A stretch of 64,000 bases of DNA from Proteromonas lacertae (lineage: Eukaryota), in NCBI GenBank assembly GCA_002245135.1, contig NGBS01000594.1, positions 62,001 to 126,000 on the forward strand, given 5' to 3'. A program made the position numbers and the translations under genes. The first letter of the stretch is position 1. Every line of letters begins with the position of its first letter. Positions 50,334 through 63,973 of this stretch are shown here, piece by piece. The notes under the pieces are model-generated. The model did no database searches, had not been told where the DNA came from, and saw only the letters and a program-made list of their open reading frames with translations.

Positions 50334-51723
50334 ATGACTTACCAAGCATCTATCGAAGAAGTATCTCTATTATTATTTTATTCTACTCTAGATTAAAATC
50401 AATGAAGAAGCTCTATTCTTATATTATTATAAATCAAATTATTTATCCAAAGAAGATGTAAAAATAGAAAGACAAAATGAAGAAAAATATAAGTTAGACT
50501 ATTCAGTTCCCTCTGGTACTTTGAACAACCCTTTTGTATATGAAATATCAGAAGAACGTACAAATTTTAGTTTAGTACCAAATACAAAGACTTATAGTTC
50601 ATTGTACGAAAATGAGGAACATAACTATGAAAAGATGGTAATAAATGGTGATACATATTCCGTTAAAATTGGCACACAACATCCTGAAGAAGTTGAGAAA
50701 ATTAAATGTGAAAAATGTGATACATTATATTCAAAATACGATTATAAAGCATGTCCATTTTGTAATATTGACAGTATAACAAGCAATAATAATGATGAAG
50801 AAATATCAGATATTAATACATCAGAGACAAATGACATAGATGAAAAAATAATTGAAAAAATAAAGGAAAATTATACTTCAAATTGTGTTGAAAAGAATGA
50901 TGATGGGGGTTATGAGAAAAAGGAAATAATAACTAATAAAAGATGGATGTGTAGTTTTTGTTCTTATTGGAACTTAAAAAATTCAATAACGTGTGAAGTT
51001 TGTGGTACTTTTAATAATTATAATAATAATAATTTCAATTTCAGTGATATTGTTGAAGGTAATTTAATCGATTGTCGAGATCTAAGAGGTAAATGGTATC
51101 CAGCAAAAGTGGTAAAAAGATTTGGAAAAAATGAAATAATAGTTCATTTTAGAGGATGGATAAGTGATTTTGATGAAGTTATTAATTTAGATAATAGTAA
51201 TAATGATTTATCTAGAATTTGTGAGTATGAAAAGAATAAAAATAATTATGGTTTGCACTTATATACTATTCAATATTTTAGTAAAGAAAAAATATTGAAA
51301 TTAATTAAAGAAATATATAATTATGATTATGATGATGAAAGTATTTATTACAAAGATAGAAGTGTTTATTTCTTTCAAGATTTAGAATCATATGAATATA
51401 AAATAATTAGGTATAATAAAAATAGTCGAACTTTAGATTTGAAGACCAATAATGGAATATTATATGATGTTCCAACTACTATGATTTCATTGGATGAAAA
51501 GAAGGGCAGGTGTGTTTTACAGAGATATCATGTCACTGAAGAGGAAAAAGAGATTAGTGAGGAAGAACAACCGTCTAGAATTGTTGTATCAAACCAAAGT
51601 AATATTGATCTTGCTACTAATAGGTTTATTAGCAATTTCAGTAGAACAACTATTTTCAAGAATGATGATGATGAAGAGTATAAGAAATATGTAAATAATA
51701 TATTCTTTGAATACTATTTGTAA
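50334..51723 (+). CDS. NZF + Tudor-knot protein, paralog 6 (extra C4 finger)
   Basis: ATG at 50334 and one intron. CEKC..CPFC; WMCSFCSYWN..CEVCG; VHFRGWISDFDE; TNRFISNFSR. Confidence 0.8.
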
Positions 51724-51821
51724 TGTGATTTATTTATAAACACTTCATTTCCCTCCAAAAATTGTGAAAAAAGCTTGGCTTGATATCAATTTTCTCTTCT
51801 ATTATCATAGCCAAACATTTA

Positions 51822-53388
51822 ATGGACGATATTTATCGTTTAAGCACTATTGTTGACACTCCAAAATATCACAAAGATAAATTATACAATATTGTATGGG
51901 ATATACCAGCAAAACTGCCAGCTTTAATTTGTGACCTTAAAGATTTGTCGATTGAGTACTATGAGAAGTATCTAAATTACAGAACATCAGATAAGATCAG
52001 TGTACTGTATTTTACAACAACTCAAAATTGTGTATGGTATAAAATATTTTCATATATTCATATAAAGTGCAATTATTAGTCTTAGTGATACTGAACCATT
52101 TACTCATGAATCAATATATAGATACAAAAAACAAAGAAAATGTAAAATTAAAATAGATCCTTTTAACTCGTCAGTTGCTTTAGCTTATGTATATCTAATA
52201 TTTAATAAGATAATATATTAATATATTTATATAGTTCTGTAGTATGAAAGTTACAGGAGAAGAAAGAATAAAATATACAAAAGATATATATTATGGTTGT
52301 TGTAAATGTTTAGAAATGTCAATAACAGCAGAAAATGGATTAGAAGGTTATATTTATTGTGAAGAATGTTGTTTAACATATCATTGGAAATGTGAAGGTT
52401 TTTGTTCTTTGCCTTTAGATTCACAATGTGAAAATTATAAATATGTCTGTAATAAATGCCGGTTATATGTATATATAATGATAATAATTGTTTATTTTTA
52501 TTTTATTCCTTATAAAAATTATCTTTTTTTTATTTTTTCTTATAATTTTTAACTTACTTTTATTGTTTTTTTTATTTTAATAGTATATTAAACATCCTGA
52601 CAGAATAGGTAAAAATAGTAATTATCTTCTAAGCCAAAACATTGGTAAACAAATTCAATACAGTTATCGTATTCCTGAATATCACATCGGCTGTTTATAT
52701 GAAGTAGTTTGGGATAAAAGAAAGGTATATCCAGGTATTATTTGCAGATGTAAAGAATTAACAATAGAAGCATTTGAAAAGTATTTAAGTAGTGATATTG
52801 AGAAGAAAATACCAATTATATATTTTTGTGCAAAATATCCTATATAGTATATATATTATATTTTTAATTATTTTTAATAGTGGTGTTACTTCATATGATG
52901 ATTTAGTTTCATTCAATCACAATAGTATAAGTATTTATAGAAATAAACACACGAATAAAAAAGATTTATCTGAATTTCAATCAGCTGTAACAACAGCATT
53001 TGTATATTTTATTTATTTATTATTTTGTTAGTTTTGTAGAGGTATAGAAGTATTAGATAAAAGGCTGAATTATCTAAGTGAAGATAAAACAGGATGTTGT
53101 GGTTGTTTTTCTATCAATATTGATGTAGATAAAGATGGATTAGATTCTTATGTTTATTGTGATGAGTGTTTGTTGGCGTATCACTGGATATGTGCTGGCT
53201 ATACTGAAATACCTGAGGATTATGAAGATCCTGAATTTAAGTATATTTGTAAACGGTGTATTGATAAAGTATATATTTATATTATTTATATATAGCAAAA
53301 TAAATTGAATAACGAAGAGAATATGAAAAGAAAACATGAAGAAGGAGGAAATGTAGAGAATTCAAATAAAAAGAAAGTTGTAATATAA
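51822..53388 (+). CDS. Protein with two PWWP-like + PHD-finger units, multi-exon
   Basis: IVWDIPAKLPALI then CCKC..CEEC..YHWKC..CNKC. VVWDKRKVYPGII then CCGC..CDEC..YHWIC..CKRC. Confidence 0.65.
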
Positions 53389-53601
53389 TTAGTTATTGTC
53401 ATATTATATACATGCATACCATTTTTATACTTTAATTCTCATTGTAGTAGTTTTTAATTTTTTATTACTTTTTCATACACCCACTTCAAATTTCCATAAA
53501 CCAAATTTTAGAAATTTACTTCGTTTGTGATTTATAGCAATGCTGTATGTTTAGATCGTTTAATGTTTGTTAGAAACAAAAATTGGAATAAATCAAATGC
53601 A

Positions 53602-54408
53602 ATGAATAGCCAGAGTAGCTATTTTTCAAGTCAGAACATTGAAGAAGTATAATTATGGTTTATTTTATTCTATAGATAATTCAAAACAGTGAACTATCAT
53701 CAAAATCACTGATTGAGAGTTTATCATCACAAGGCTGTGAACCTATGAGTAGATGCAGTTCATTTGGTCAAAACAGCAAATGTAGTGATTGGTTTAATTA
53801 CAATGAGGAACTAGAACATAAAGAATCTGTAAGGAATAATCTAGAAGGTTTTAATATTTTATAATTATGTAATTTGCAGCTATTAAAGATTCAAACGAAG
53901 AGATTAAGAACAGTCAAATAAATGGATTGAAAATATTGGATGAGGTGAAAGAAAATCTGAAAATTGAAAGAGAATTCCTCAATTCTTTCAGTAGAATGTT
54001 AATGAACGAAATGGATGAGTTTGAAAGTAATATATATATATATATATAATAATAAATAGAAAAAAAGAATTTAAAAGATGAAAAACTAATATCTGCATTA
54101 TCTTCAATTTTAAATCTGTTAGAAAAAGTAGAATATTTTCATTTTTTAAATAGATGAATGAGAATATAGCAATATTGAAAGACAAAGTAAACTTCAAACC
54201 AACAACAACAACAACAACAACAACAGCAAAGACAGAAAGAATTGAAATTGAAATTGATTCTGAAGAACAAATAGATTCATATAAAAGGAAGTTATCAGTA
54301 GATAACGAATATATGAGTAAAGTGACTGAATTAATAAAGAAAGCGAGAAAAAGAGGAGAAAATGAGATAAATGAGGAGAATGAGTCTGAAGAGGATTTAT
54401 TATGGTAA
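53602..54408 (+). CDS. Hypothetical coiled-coil protein, multi-exon
   Basis: ATG at 53602 and short GT-AG introns linking to the 54154 frame. Exon structure only partly traced. Confidence 0.45.
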
Positions 54409-54491
54409 ATAAATATTTATATATATATAATCTATGTGTATGTGTGTTTCCTATAAATATAAAACAATTTTTATAACATAATAATTGATAA

Positions 54492-56255
54492 TTAAGAACT
54501 TGATGAACTAGAATCACTACGTTTATGGTGTTTATGATGATGATGATGTTTATGATGATGTGATGAAGAACGATCTCTCTTATGAGATGATCGTGATCTT
54601 GATCTTGATCTATTATTATTTATTCCTTCATTATTATTTTTATTATCATCATCATCATGTTTTACATCATATTCAAATTCAACTGGTTTACTTCTAGGCT
54701 TATTATCATTACTATTACTATCATTTGTTCCACTAAAAGACTTATCTGGTACAAATTTCGATGAATTTTTCAATTTGTTATACAGTTCTTCACTATTACC
54801 TTCATCATTATTCTCAACATGTGGCTTAAATAATCCTTCATTCTTTTCAGCAAACAACGGCTTGGAGTATAAATCATACTCATCTTCATTAGCAAAACCG
54901 CTATCAATGCCAGAACTTTGATTAAATAATCTCTCATCATATCGGCTTCCTAATGTACCTTTACCTATTGGAATACCTAAAGCTATCTTCTCACTAATAT
55001 CTCTTTCGTGATCTCGAGTGGTTTTTGACTTTATTCCTTTTGCTTCTAATCTCATATCTTTTTCTCTTTCTTTAGTCCTATCATATCTTATTCTCTCTCT
55101 CTCTAAAAACTCTTCTCTTTCTTCTTTACTCATTTTTTCAAGTACATTTTTGTCAGTACTTCTTATACCACTATGTACACCAGCAGCTCGTTTTTCTCGA
55201 GCTTCTTGAGCTATCCTTCTCAATCTATCCTCTTCGTCTTCCTTTTCTTTAACTTTTAATTTGTTTGCTAGTTTATTTCGATCTTTGACTGATTCTCTAC
55301 TTACATTGTAAGCTACTTGCATTGCTTCTGAAAATTCAGCAAATTTGTCATTTATAACAGGCTATATTAATATAATACATAAATATACTTCCAATAATCC
55401 TCTACCATCAGCTGCCAATCTCTTATCCAACGGAATTGTATATCCTTTCGCATTTTTCCAATTACTTACACAAGGAGGTATCTTCCAATCTAATTGATCT
55501 TTTGCTGATATTTTACGTGGTGGAGAGTGTAATACTGGAGCTGGAGGAGAAGGAGGTCCTGCTGGAACCTTCTTATGTCTGAATTTGGGTGGTTCTAAGG
55601 GATCTACTGGTGCTTCTACCATTCTAATTATTCTCTGTTGTTTAGGTTGATTGGTTATTGCATCTGTTGGTGTATATCGTATATATTTTGCATCATTCAA
55701 ATTATCAGTTGTGGATTTGGTAGATTTCTTAGCTGATGTGATTTTTCCTTGTAATATCTATTAATATAAATAGAAAAGATAATAAAAATACTTTTTGTAA
55801 AGCCATTTTAGTTGATTCTGTATTATCATCAATTTCTTTTGATGTAGGTTTCATTAAACGAGTTGCAGCTATTAATAACAAATTATAATATAATAACAAT
55901 ACTAATCTCATTTTTACCTTGATATTTGACTATTGATTTGACATTTTGTTCTTCGCTTAAAACTCCACTTACTTGAGATGTTTTACCTGGTCTTCCCATA
56001 TTTAAAGGATATTGTACTACGTGAATTTCAGGAAAAGCACCACCATCACCATAATCTTGAATGGCTCTTGGAATGTAACCTTTACGATTTCCATATGGTG
56101 GTATTTTTTTATTTAACATATCTGTTGCAGATACTATTGGGTTCTTTGTTAGAATTACTTCAGATCCACCACTATAAATATTTTGAGGTGCTGGGAGCTT
56201 TCTACACCAGATGATTATAAATAAAAATGTTATACAAAGCAATGCTGGCCATCAT
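54492..56255 (-). CDS. SNW1: SNW1/SKIP/Prp45 splicing factor, multi-exon
   Basis: DYGDGGAFPEIHVVQYPL, DPLEPPKF, WKIPPCVSNWKNAKGYTIPLDKRLAADGRGL, RDISEKIALG and YDERLFNQ. Confidence 0.97.
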
Positions 56256-56355
56256 AAGAGAAGAAATTCAAAAAGTAATTTTTTGATCAAGTCAAATCGA
56301 GCCAAACTATTCAAAAATTTGAAAATAAAAAAAGATGTTTTCCTTAAGTTCATTT

Positions 56356-59177
56356 ATGGATAAAATAATGTCAACACCATTATTATCTGATGATCAAGTA
56401 TTTCGGATATTTTTACTTTTATAGGTAAGAGAGAGAGTAGAAAAGAGTATTAATGAAGTTGCTGTTATACTACAACATCAAGATGATATAAAAGTGATGA
56501 AAGTGATATATATTACTAATGTAAAAGAAAAGACTATTATAAATTTCTGTGAAATAAACTACTTGTTGTCACAAAGGTTTTTATCCTTTATTTTACCTTC
56601 AAAAATACTTCAATTCAAAAGTTATAATGACTATATGATATTAGAAAGAGAATATTACTCAAGAGATTTGGAACAGCTAATCCATAATAAATCCTTTTCA
56701 AGAGATGATATATGTAGTAAAATATGTAATTTATGTGAAGTTTTAATGATATTAAGTGAATATAATGTACTAGTTAGTAATTTGAAGAGTAGTAATGTGA
56801 TATATGAAAAAGATGATGAAATAAAGTTATGTGATTTATGTTTGAATGAAATAAGAAAAGAAGAAGATATGAGATTGTATGATATATGCTTCAAAAGCCC
56901 TGAAGAGTTGAATGGATTAGAATGTAATAAGAGAAGTGTGATTTGGTCAATTGGATGTATTTTATACGAAATAATTTGTAAGAAATTACCATTTAATGAG
57001 AATGATAATATCAATAAAGCAATAAGTGATATTGTGAGATGTAAATACAATATAGATGTAGAATGTGTTATTTTTTTAAAATATTGAAACTGATAAATCC
57101 AACAAAAATCCAGTTTTGTATATTTTTTTGATTTTTTTTTTTAATTTTCATAGACGACATATCTGAATTTAATATTCCAACCCAATATCAACCATTATTC
57201 TCATGCTATTTGTCATATTTGTCGAATCTACAAGAATTAGATTTATCAAGATGTAATTGTAATAGTTGTTTCGTTGAGTCATTTGTTAAATTAATACCAT
57301 TGATGAAACTGAAACATGTAAAACTCAATAGTATTATTATTTTATTTCATTATGCTTTTTATGAAATAGATAATCCAATTGGTCCAAAAGGATTCAAATT
57401 GTTGCTTCCACATTTACATTTATTAATCAACAATAGAAATGGATTGGATTTTATAGGAATGGGTTTAAATGATAAATCAATGGTGTTATTATCAGAAGAA
57501 TTATACAAATATCCAAATCTTGAGAATATAGATATTAGAGGTAATTACATCCATTTAAATGGATTAAAAGCCTTATTTTCCAAATTCCCTGCTTCAAATA
57601 TACAGTTTGATATTGCTGGATGTAAAGAATTACTGATTGATAGAGATATTACAGAATTAGTTTATTCTATCAAGAATGATTATAACGAATTAAGTTTAGA
57701 TGCTTTGGGAATTGATGATGAGTTTTTCAAATTATTCATTACTTTAAGATCAAAAGAATTTTGTGAAATAAAAAGACTTACTGTAAGAAGTATAATTTGG
57801 AATTTTTATATAATTTAGATAATAAACTAACACACAAAAGTGTTGAAATACTGATTAATAATCTATCTTCATTTTCTAGTCTTAAATATCTTCAATTATA
57901 TGAAAATGAAATAGGAGATGAAGGAATGAGAATCTTATCTCCACATATTCATTTATTAAAAGATTATGATATGATAAACTGTTCAAGTATAATAATAATA
58001 ATTATTATTATTAATATGAAATAGAAATGGGATTATCTTCAAAAGGAATAAAATACTTAGTTGATGGTTTAAAGACAATTCATGAAATTATTTTCCTACT
58101 TGATGTTAGTAATAATAAAATAGATACAGAAGGAATTGGATATTTAATGGATTATATGAAAGGAAATGATTGTATTAAAACTTTATACATTCATGGTATA
58201 TTATTGATTAGTATTTATGTTAAATAGATAATCCAATTGGTAATATTGGATTTAAATTGTTATTTAGTTATTTAAATAAGTTGGTTGATTATTTTCATAG
58301 TATGGATTTATGCAACATCTCAATTGATGATGAAAGTGTATTGTTATTAGCAAATAAAATAGATAAAAATATAAGATGTTATACAATGCATCTAAAAGGA
58401 AATAATATCAGTTTTAATGGACTAAAATCAATTTGTTCAAAATCATTAGAAAAGAATGATTATCCATTTATAGAAATGAATAATCCATCATGGACAAATG
58501 AAGAGTTGGAATATTATTTAGATTATTGTATTAAAAAAGGAAAAAAAGAGTGTCAATTTTCTAGTATTTTATTTATAGATATATAAATTTCAATAGATAT
58601 GAATCTGAATGATTCTCATATTTCATTGATTAAACAAATTAATTTTTATAAACTTGATTTGTTCAATAATAGAATTACCTATAAAGGGCTAAAAGAATTA
58701 ACTGATTCTTTACCAAAAGGTTTTGGTCTTGTTTATATTTCAATATTTAATAATCCAATTGGAGATGAAGGAGTAGAGATAATATGTAAATGTATGAATG
58801 TATTTATTGAAAAATTTTCATCATCACTGAATCTATCAAGTATATTATGAATATGATCTAATTTTATTATACAAATAGATATTGGAATGAGTGAAAAAGG
58901 ATTGGAAATGTTGATAGAAAGATTAAAAGATAATCCATTAAACAAAATAAATCTATCAGGAAATGAATTAAATGAAAGAGAATTGAGATTGATGGAAGAA
59001 AATGAAAATTTATTCTATTTTTTAATAGAATTATCAATCACATTGAAAGAGAATATAGATAAATCAGAATTGAAATCATTTTTAAACACATTTTCATCAA
59101 TTGGAAAAATAAAATTGGATGGATTATCAGAAGAAGGAAAGCAAGAATTGTCAAAAGAATTCTATAATATAGAATAA
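56356..59177 (+). pseudogene. Pseudokinase-LRR paralog with internal deletion and frameshift
   Basis: Colinear with 33399-36661 but lacks the segment equivalent to ~34085-34590. The frame ends at TGA 57087, while the homologous YFFKILKLINP continues in another frame. Confidence 0.7.
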
Positions 59178-59310
59178 TTTATACCATTTTATTATTGCTT
59201 TTGTAAATGAAGTTTTACATTTCTAATCATATTTTATTATATATATATAACGACTATTTTTTAATTTGAAAACTCAAGTCAAGCCATTATTTTCATTTTT
59301 GTTTTATTGA

Positions 59311-61900
59311 ATGATACGAATAGGCAATTGCATCAGAAGGTGTGTCATCAATTCGATGGTGCGAAAGTATATTGCTTGAATGTTATTTTGAATAGCAATT
59401 TCTCAGTAGTGAGAAATAATTCGTTTAGGTCGTTCAATCGAAGTTTTTCAATTCAAGGTATAATTAAAATAATTATAGTATTCGTTTTAATAGTATCTAT
59501 TCGTGATAAAAGTGTAAATTTGGAGATGAAGAGCAAAGTGTCAGATTTATTGAATGAAATGAAAAAGAGTGAAGATAATGTATCATTTTATGGAATATGG
59601 AGTATAAAAATAAGTATTATATTATGAATAGAGGAGAGAAATCTCGTAGAAGGTAAATTATTGAAGGATGTTTTAAAATCATACTTCTACATATATCGTA
59701 TATTTATATTTAGTAATTTAATTAATAGAAATGTGTAGTAATGTATATGAATTAAGTCGATTGGATTTATTCTTCGATAATATAAACAATGAAGATTTAG
59801 ATAGATGGGAACCATTAATTAAACGTATATATAATAATAATAATTTATTTAATACAATGAATAGAAATGATATACAATCATATGAAGCCATCTTATGATA
59901 GTTTTATAAAAACTAAAAAAGCAACAGTATTGTTACAAGAAATACTCAATAATAAAGAAATATCAAATATAAAAGAGTTGGATATGTTGTTACCCAAAAT
60001 AGATAAAGAAAAAGAGAAAGAGAAAGAAATAGAAGGAGGAGTAGAAGAGAATGAAATTAAAGATATTACTGTAACTAATTTTTATAGATATTTAGACAAT
60101 ATTTATACTGATGAGATAGGTATGAGTGGTTTAAATAACTTGAATAAATTGTACAACATAGAAAATTATAATAAAATCAGGGAATATTTTGATGAAAATA
60201 GTTTTGAATTGTTGTTGAGATTATTGAAGAAAGGTTTTAATGACAATACAATAAAAGAAATTGTAAAGAATAAAATGAAAAAAGAAAAAGTCTTACAGTT
60301 AGTAGAGAGTGATTTGGATATAAAAATAATGGAGTTAATAATTAAAGAGAATTTACCATTTGAAATAGTGGAGGAATTAATAAAGAAATCAGATTTTAGT
60401 TTATTGTTGTTGAAAGAATGTATAAAGTACAATGTGAAATTGAATGAATTATTAAATGAAGTGAAAAATAATAAAAACGTAATTGAAATATATGAGAAAA
60501 TGACAAACCAAAAGTTTGAATCTTACAAAGTGTTAGATGATAAAGTAAAAATATTAAATAACAAAACAACTAAAAGTGAGAAAGTAGAAGATGGTAATAA
60601 TATTAAGAAAGTTGAAATAAAGAGTAAAGGTAGAAAAATCGATAAAAATGAATCAAAAAAAGAAAAATCCATCTTAGAAAGTGATATATATAAAATGAAA
60701 ATAAAAGAATACAATATAATTACTTCTAATCATAACAATATGTTATTAAGTAAAGAAGATTTTCCAGTTTTACCATCTGAAAGTGAAATAGTTAATGCTT
60801 ATAGACAATTAAAAGTAAAACCAGATATAATATACAGTGATTTAAAGAAAAGATTAGAAGATGGTGAAGAAATCATCAATAAGAAAGGAGGAGCAATGAC
60901 AATCGATGAAGAGAAATATTTAGAGATAATTAATGATAAAATCAACATGTTAAACTATATAACATCTACTGAAAGTGATTATAAAGAATTAAGAAAAGAA
61001 ATTGATTCAGATATAAACCTTTTAAAAAGTTATTTGAAGAAAAATAGCTTGAGTTTAATCAACAATGATGTGAAAAAGAAGATAAGTGAATATCTTCATT
61101 TGGTTGAAGGAAAAAAGGAAAAAGAAAGACATAATAATAATAATAATAATAATAATAAAGAAGGAGAAGAAGAAGGAGAAAATGATGATGATTCAATAAT
61201 GGATCCAGAACATTTGAGACAAAATAAAGAGATTTTATCTGGAAAACAATTATTCAATATGGATAGTAAAGAATTAAATGAACAATTGAAGTTTGGTGAA
61301 GGATTTGGAAATGATTTTGAAATATTAAAAAGTGATAAATATGATAAGAATTTGAATAATAAAAATGATATAATGAGTGAAGTAAATCCAGCAGTTTATT
61401 CAGCTGTATATATATATATATATATATTTAAATAGTTACAATTTCTTCCAAGAGAAAGTAAATATTCATTAGATATTGAACCAACAATAAATAAATCATA
61501 TTCAAATTTATTAAAAAGTGAAATATCTGCAATAGGAAGAAGAAAAACTTCTGTAGCTAAAGTAACACTAACACCTGGTGAAGGTATAATAACAGTTAAT
61601 AATATGTCGTTAATTGATTATTTTAAAAGAGAATATTATAGAGATGAAATATGTTTACCATTTTATATCACTTATACTACTGGTATGTTTAATGTAAAAT
61701 GTAATGTGAAGGGTGGTGGATTAACTGGTCAATGTGATGCGATAAAATTAGGGATTAGCCGTTGTTTACAAGAGTTAGAAAGTGATTTAACTCCTCAATT
61801 GAAAATGTGTAAATTATTAACAAGAGATCCTCGAATGGTAGAGAGAAAGAAATATGGCCATAAGAAAGCTAGAAAATCATTCCAATGGAATAGAAGATAA
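59311..61900 (+). CDS. MRPS9: Mitochondrial ribosomal protein uS9m with very long N-terminal extension, multi-exon
   Basis: Arg/Ser-rich transit-like N-terminus (MIRIGNCIRR..). C-terminal GRRKTSVA, VKGGGLTGQ and TRDPRMVERKKYGHKKARKSFQWNRR. An intron at ~61406-61435 links the big exon to the S9 exon. Confidence 0.8.
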
Positions 61901-62043
61901 ATAATTAATAGAGTTTTGATAATAATATGTTATTATTTTATATATTTATATTTATATCATACTCTTCTATTCAACAACAATTAATTTCATTATTTTATTT
62001 AGCATTTATTTCATAACAATTTTCTTAAAAGTAGTAGTTTGAT

Positions 62044-62328
62044 TTTTTGAAGATAAATAATGAACTCCACCTGGTTTTATACCATGATATGCAAACACTT
62101 CTTCTTTTATGAAAGTTATATTAGATATTTTTGTATAATTGAAATGAATTAGATTAATTCCTAACTTCTTTATTGTTTCATTTGAATATTTCAATAACAT
62201 TCCTAAATAAACATCATCCATAAATAATATCTTCTTTACATAATTTGAAGCATTTACTATCTTTCTCACTGTATTTTGATGTATAAATACATGAGTAACT
62301 AATGGAAAATCAGGCCAAACATGTGTTT
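62044..62328 (-). pseudogene. Inverted 3' fragment of GT31 copy A
   Basis: About 285 nt apparently identical to 20388-20672; no 5' part. Confidence 0.85.
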
Positions 62329-63546
62329 TAATATCTTTACGCAATAGTGGTAAAACTGATTGCAATAGTTGCAATAATGGAATATAAAGAGATTAAAATC
62401 AGTATTTTAGTCAAAATATATAAAAACAATATATTTAACTTAACGAAAGTGAAAAATGATATAATTCAATTATTTGTGGATAATTCTAGAGAAATAAAAG
62501 AATTAAAGAATATATATCTGAATGTTATGTAATAACATTGTAATATAGCTTATGAAAAGATATTATAGACAAATGACTAACATGAAGAAAGTTAACTAAA
62601 CTAAATATTTATTTATTCATTATTATGTTATATTTTTAGTAAGAAATGTAAAAATAGTAGAATTCTTCAATTATGCTATTTTAATATATATCATACAATA
62701 ATATAGTTATTCTAATTATATCAAACTTCATCTCTTTTTAGATTAGTAGAAAACTAAACATCAAAAATTATTCAAATTCACTATAAAAAATAATTCGCAT
62801 TGAATTTTATTTTGCAAATAGGATTACAATACTTGGCTCAGATCTGGTTTGTCAATATTTGACTTTTATACCTTTTTCTTTTGTTTTTTTCATTATGTTA
62901 GAGATTAAATTAAGATAAGATTTTTTGTATATATAGTGATCTCATATTCTGCTTTATATATAGCTATAAAACAAAGAATTCTATTTTTTGATGTATTTTT
63001 GAATGAAGTGAAATATAAATACTAACTATATAAATTTAAAGTACAGTACATACTAAGTTAAATTATACCATAAAATAAAAGCTGCACTTGCAGTCTAAAA
63101 AAATATGAACAAATTTCTCAAGTCCTTAAATTTTTACTATTTTATATATATATTTCTAAACAACAAACAAAATTAAAGGTATGGTAATATTTTTATCGCT
63201 TAACCATCATATAACTTAGAATGGATTTTGAGAAGTGGTAAATAATTTTATTAAACTTATAATATTAATTGGTCTAAGCCAATACAATATATTGAATCTG
63301 TTATATATGCTGTGTATGTGTATTATAATAAATATGTTCAAATACTGAATAAGCATCTATATTACAACTATTTATATGTTATATCTACTTTACATAGTTT
63401 AATTTATACAAAATAACGAGTGAATAGATTGAACTATATGAGTAAATTGAAAAAAATAAATCGGTAAAATATATTCTTTACATTGTCAATGTAATAACAA
63501 ACGTAATTGAATTTATTTAATTGATTTTTTGATTAGTATTTTACTA

Positions 63547-63973
63547 AGATAATGAAGATAGTGAAGAGGAAGATAATGAAGATAGTGAAGTGGAAGATAA
63601 TGAAGATAGTAAAGAGGAAGAGGATGAAGATAGTGAAGAGGAAGACGATGATGAAAATGCAAGTAATAACGAGTATAGATTAATGTCATATTTATACAAA
63701 TTCTTTATAAAGAATTATATTTCTAATGTCAATTCATCAATTCTATTAAAAGAATTATCTAGTATTCATCTTATAAGCTGCAGAACTTTCAAATCATTAA
63801 AGAGTAAAGTAATTAAAGATAATATTTTGCCAAATCCAGATAAGGATAATTATCTTAGCATTAAAGAAAGTCTAGTTTATTTATTGACAAATATAAAAGA
63901 AATTCCAATAATTAGTTCATCAATTGAAAAATGTAATAACTATATAAACATAAACAGAATAGACAAAATATAG
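63547..63973 (+). other. Acidic ORF fragment starting with a 24-nt repeat (EDNEDSEE) x4
   Basis: GAAGATAATGAAGATAGTGAAGAG units at 63547-63645 run into an open frame to 63973. No clear ATG. Confidence 0.4.

Noticed and set aside
1492..60714. Numerous short F/S/L/I-rich ORFs antisense to real genes (e.g. 1492, 6418, 7303, 24292, 26170, 31008, 60166)
   Set aside because: Shadow frames of K/E-rich coding strands.
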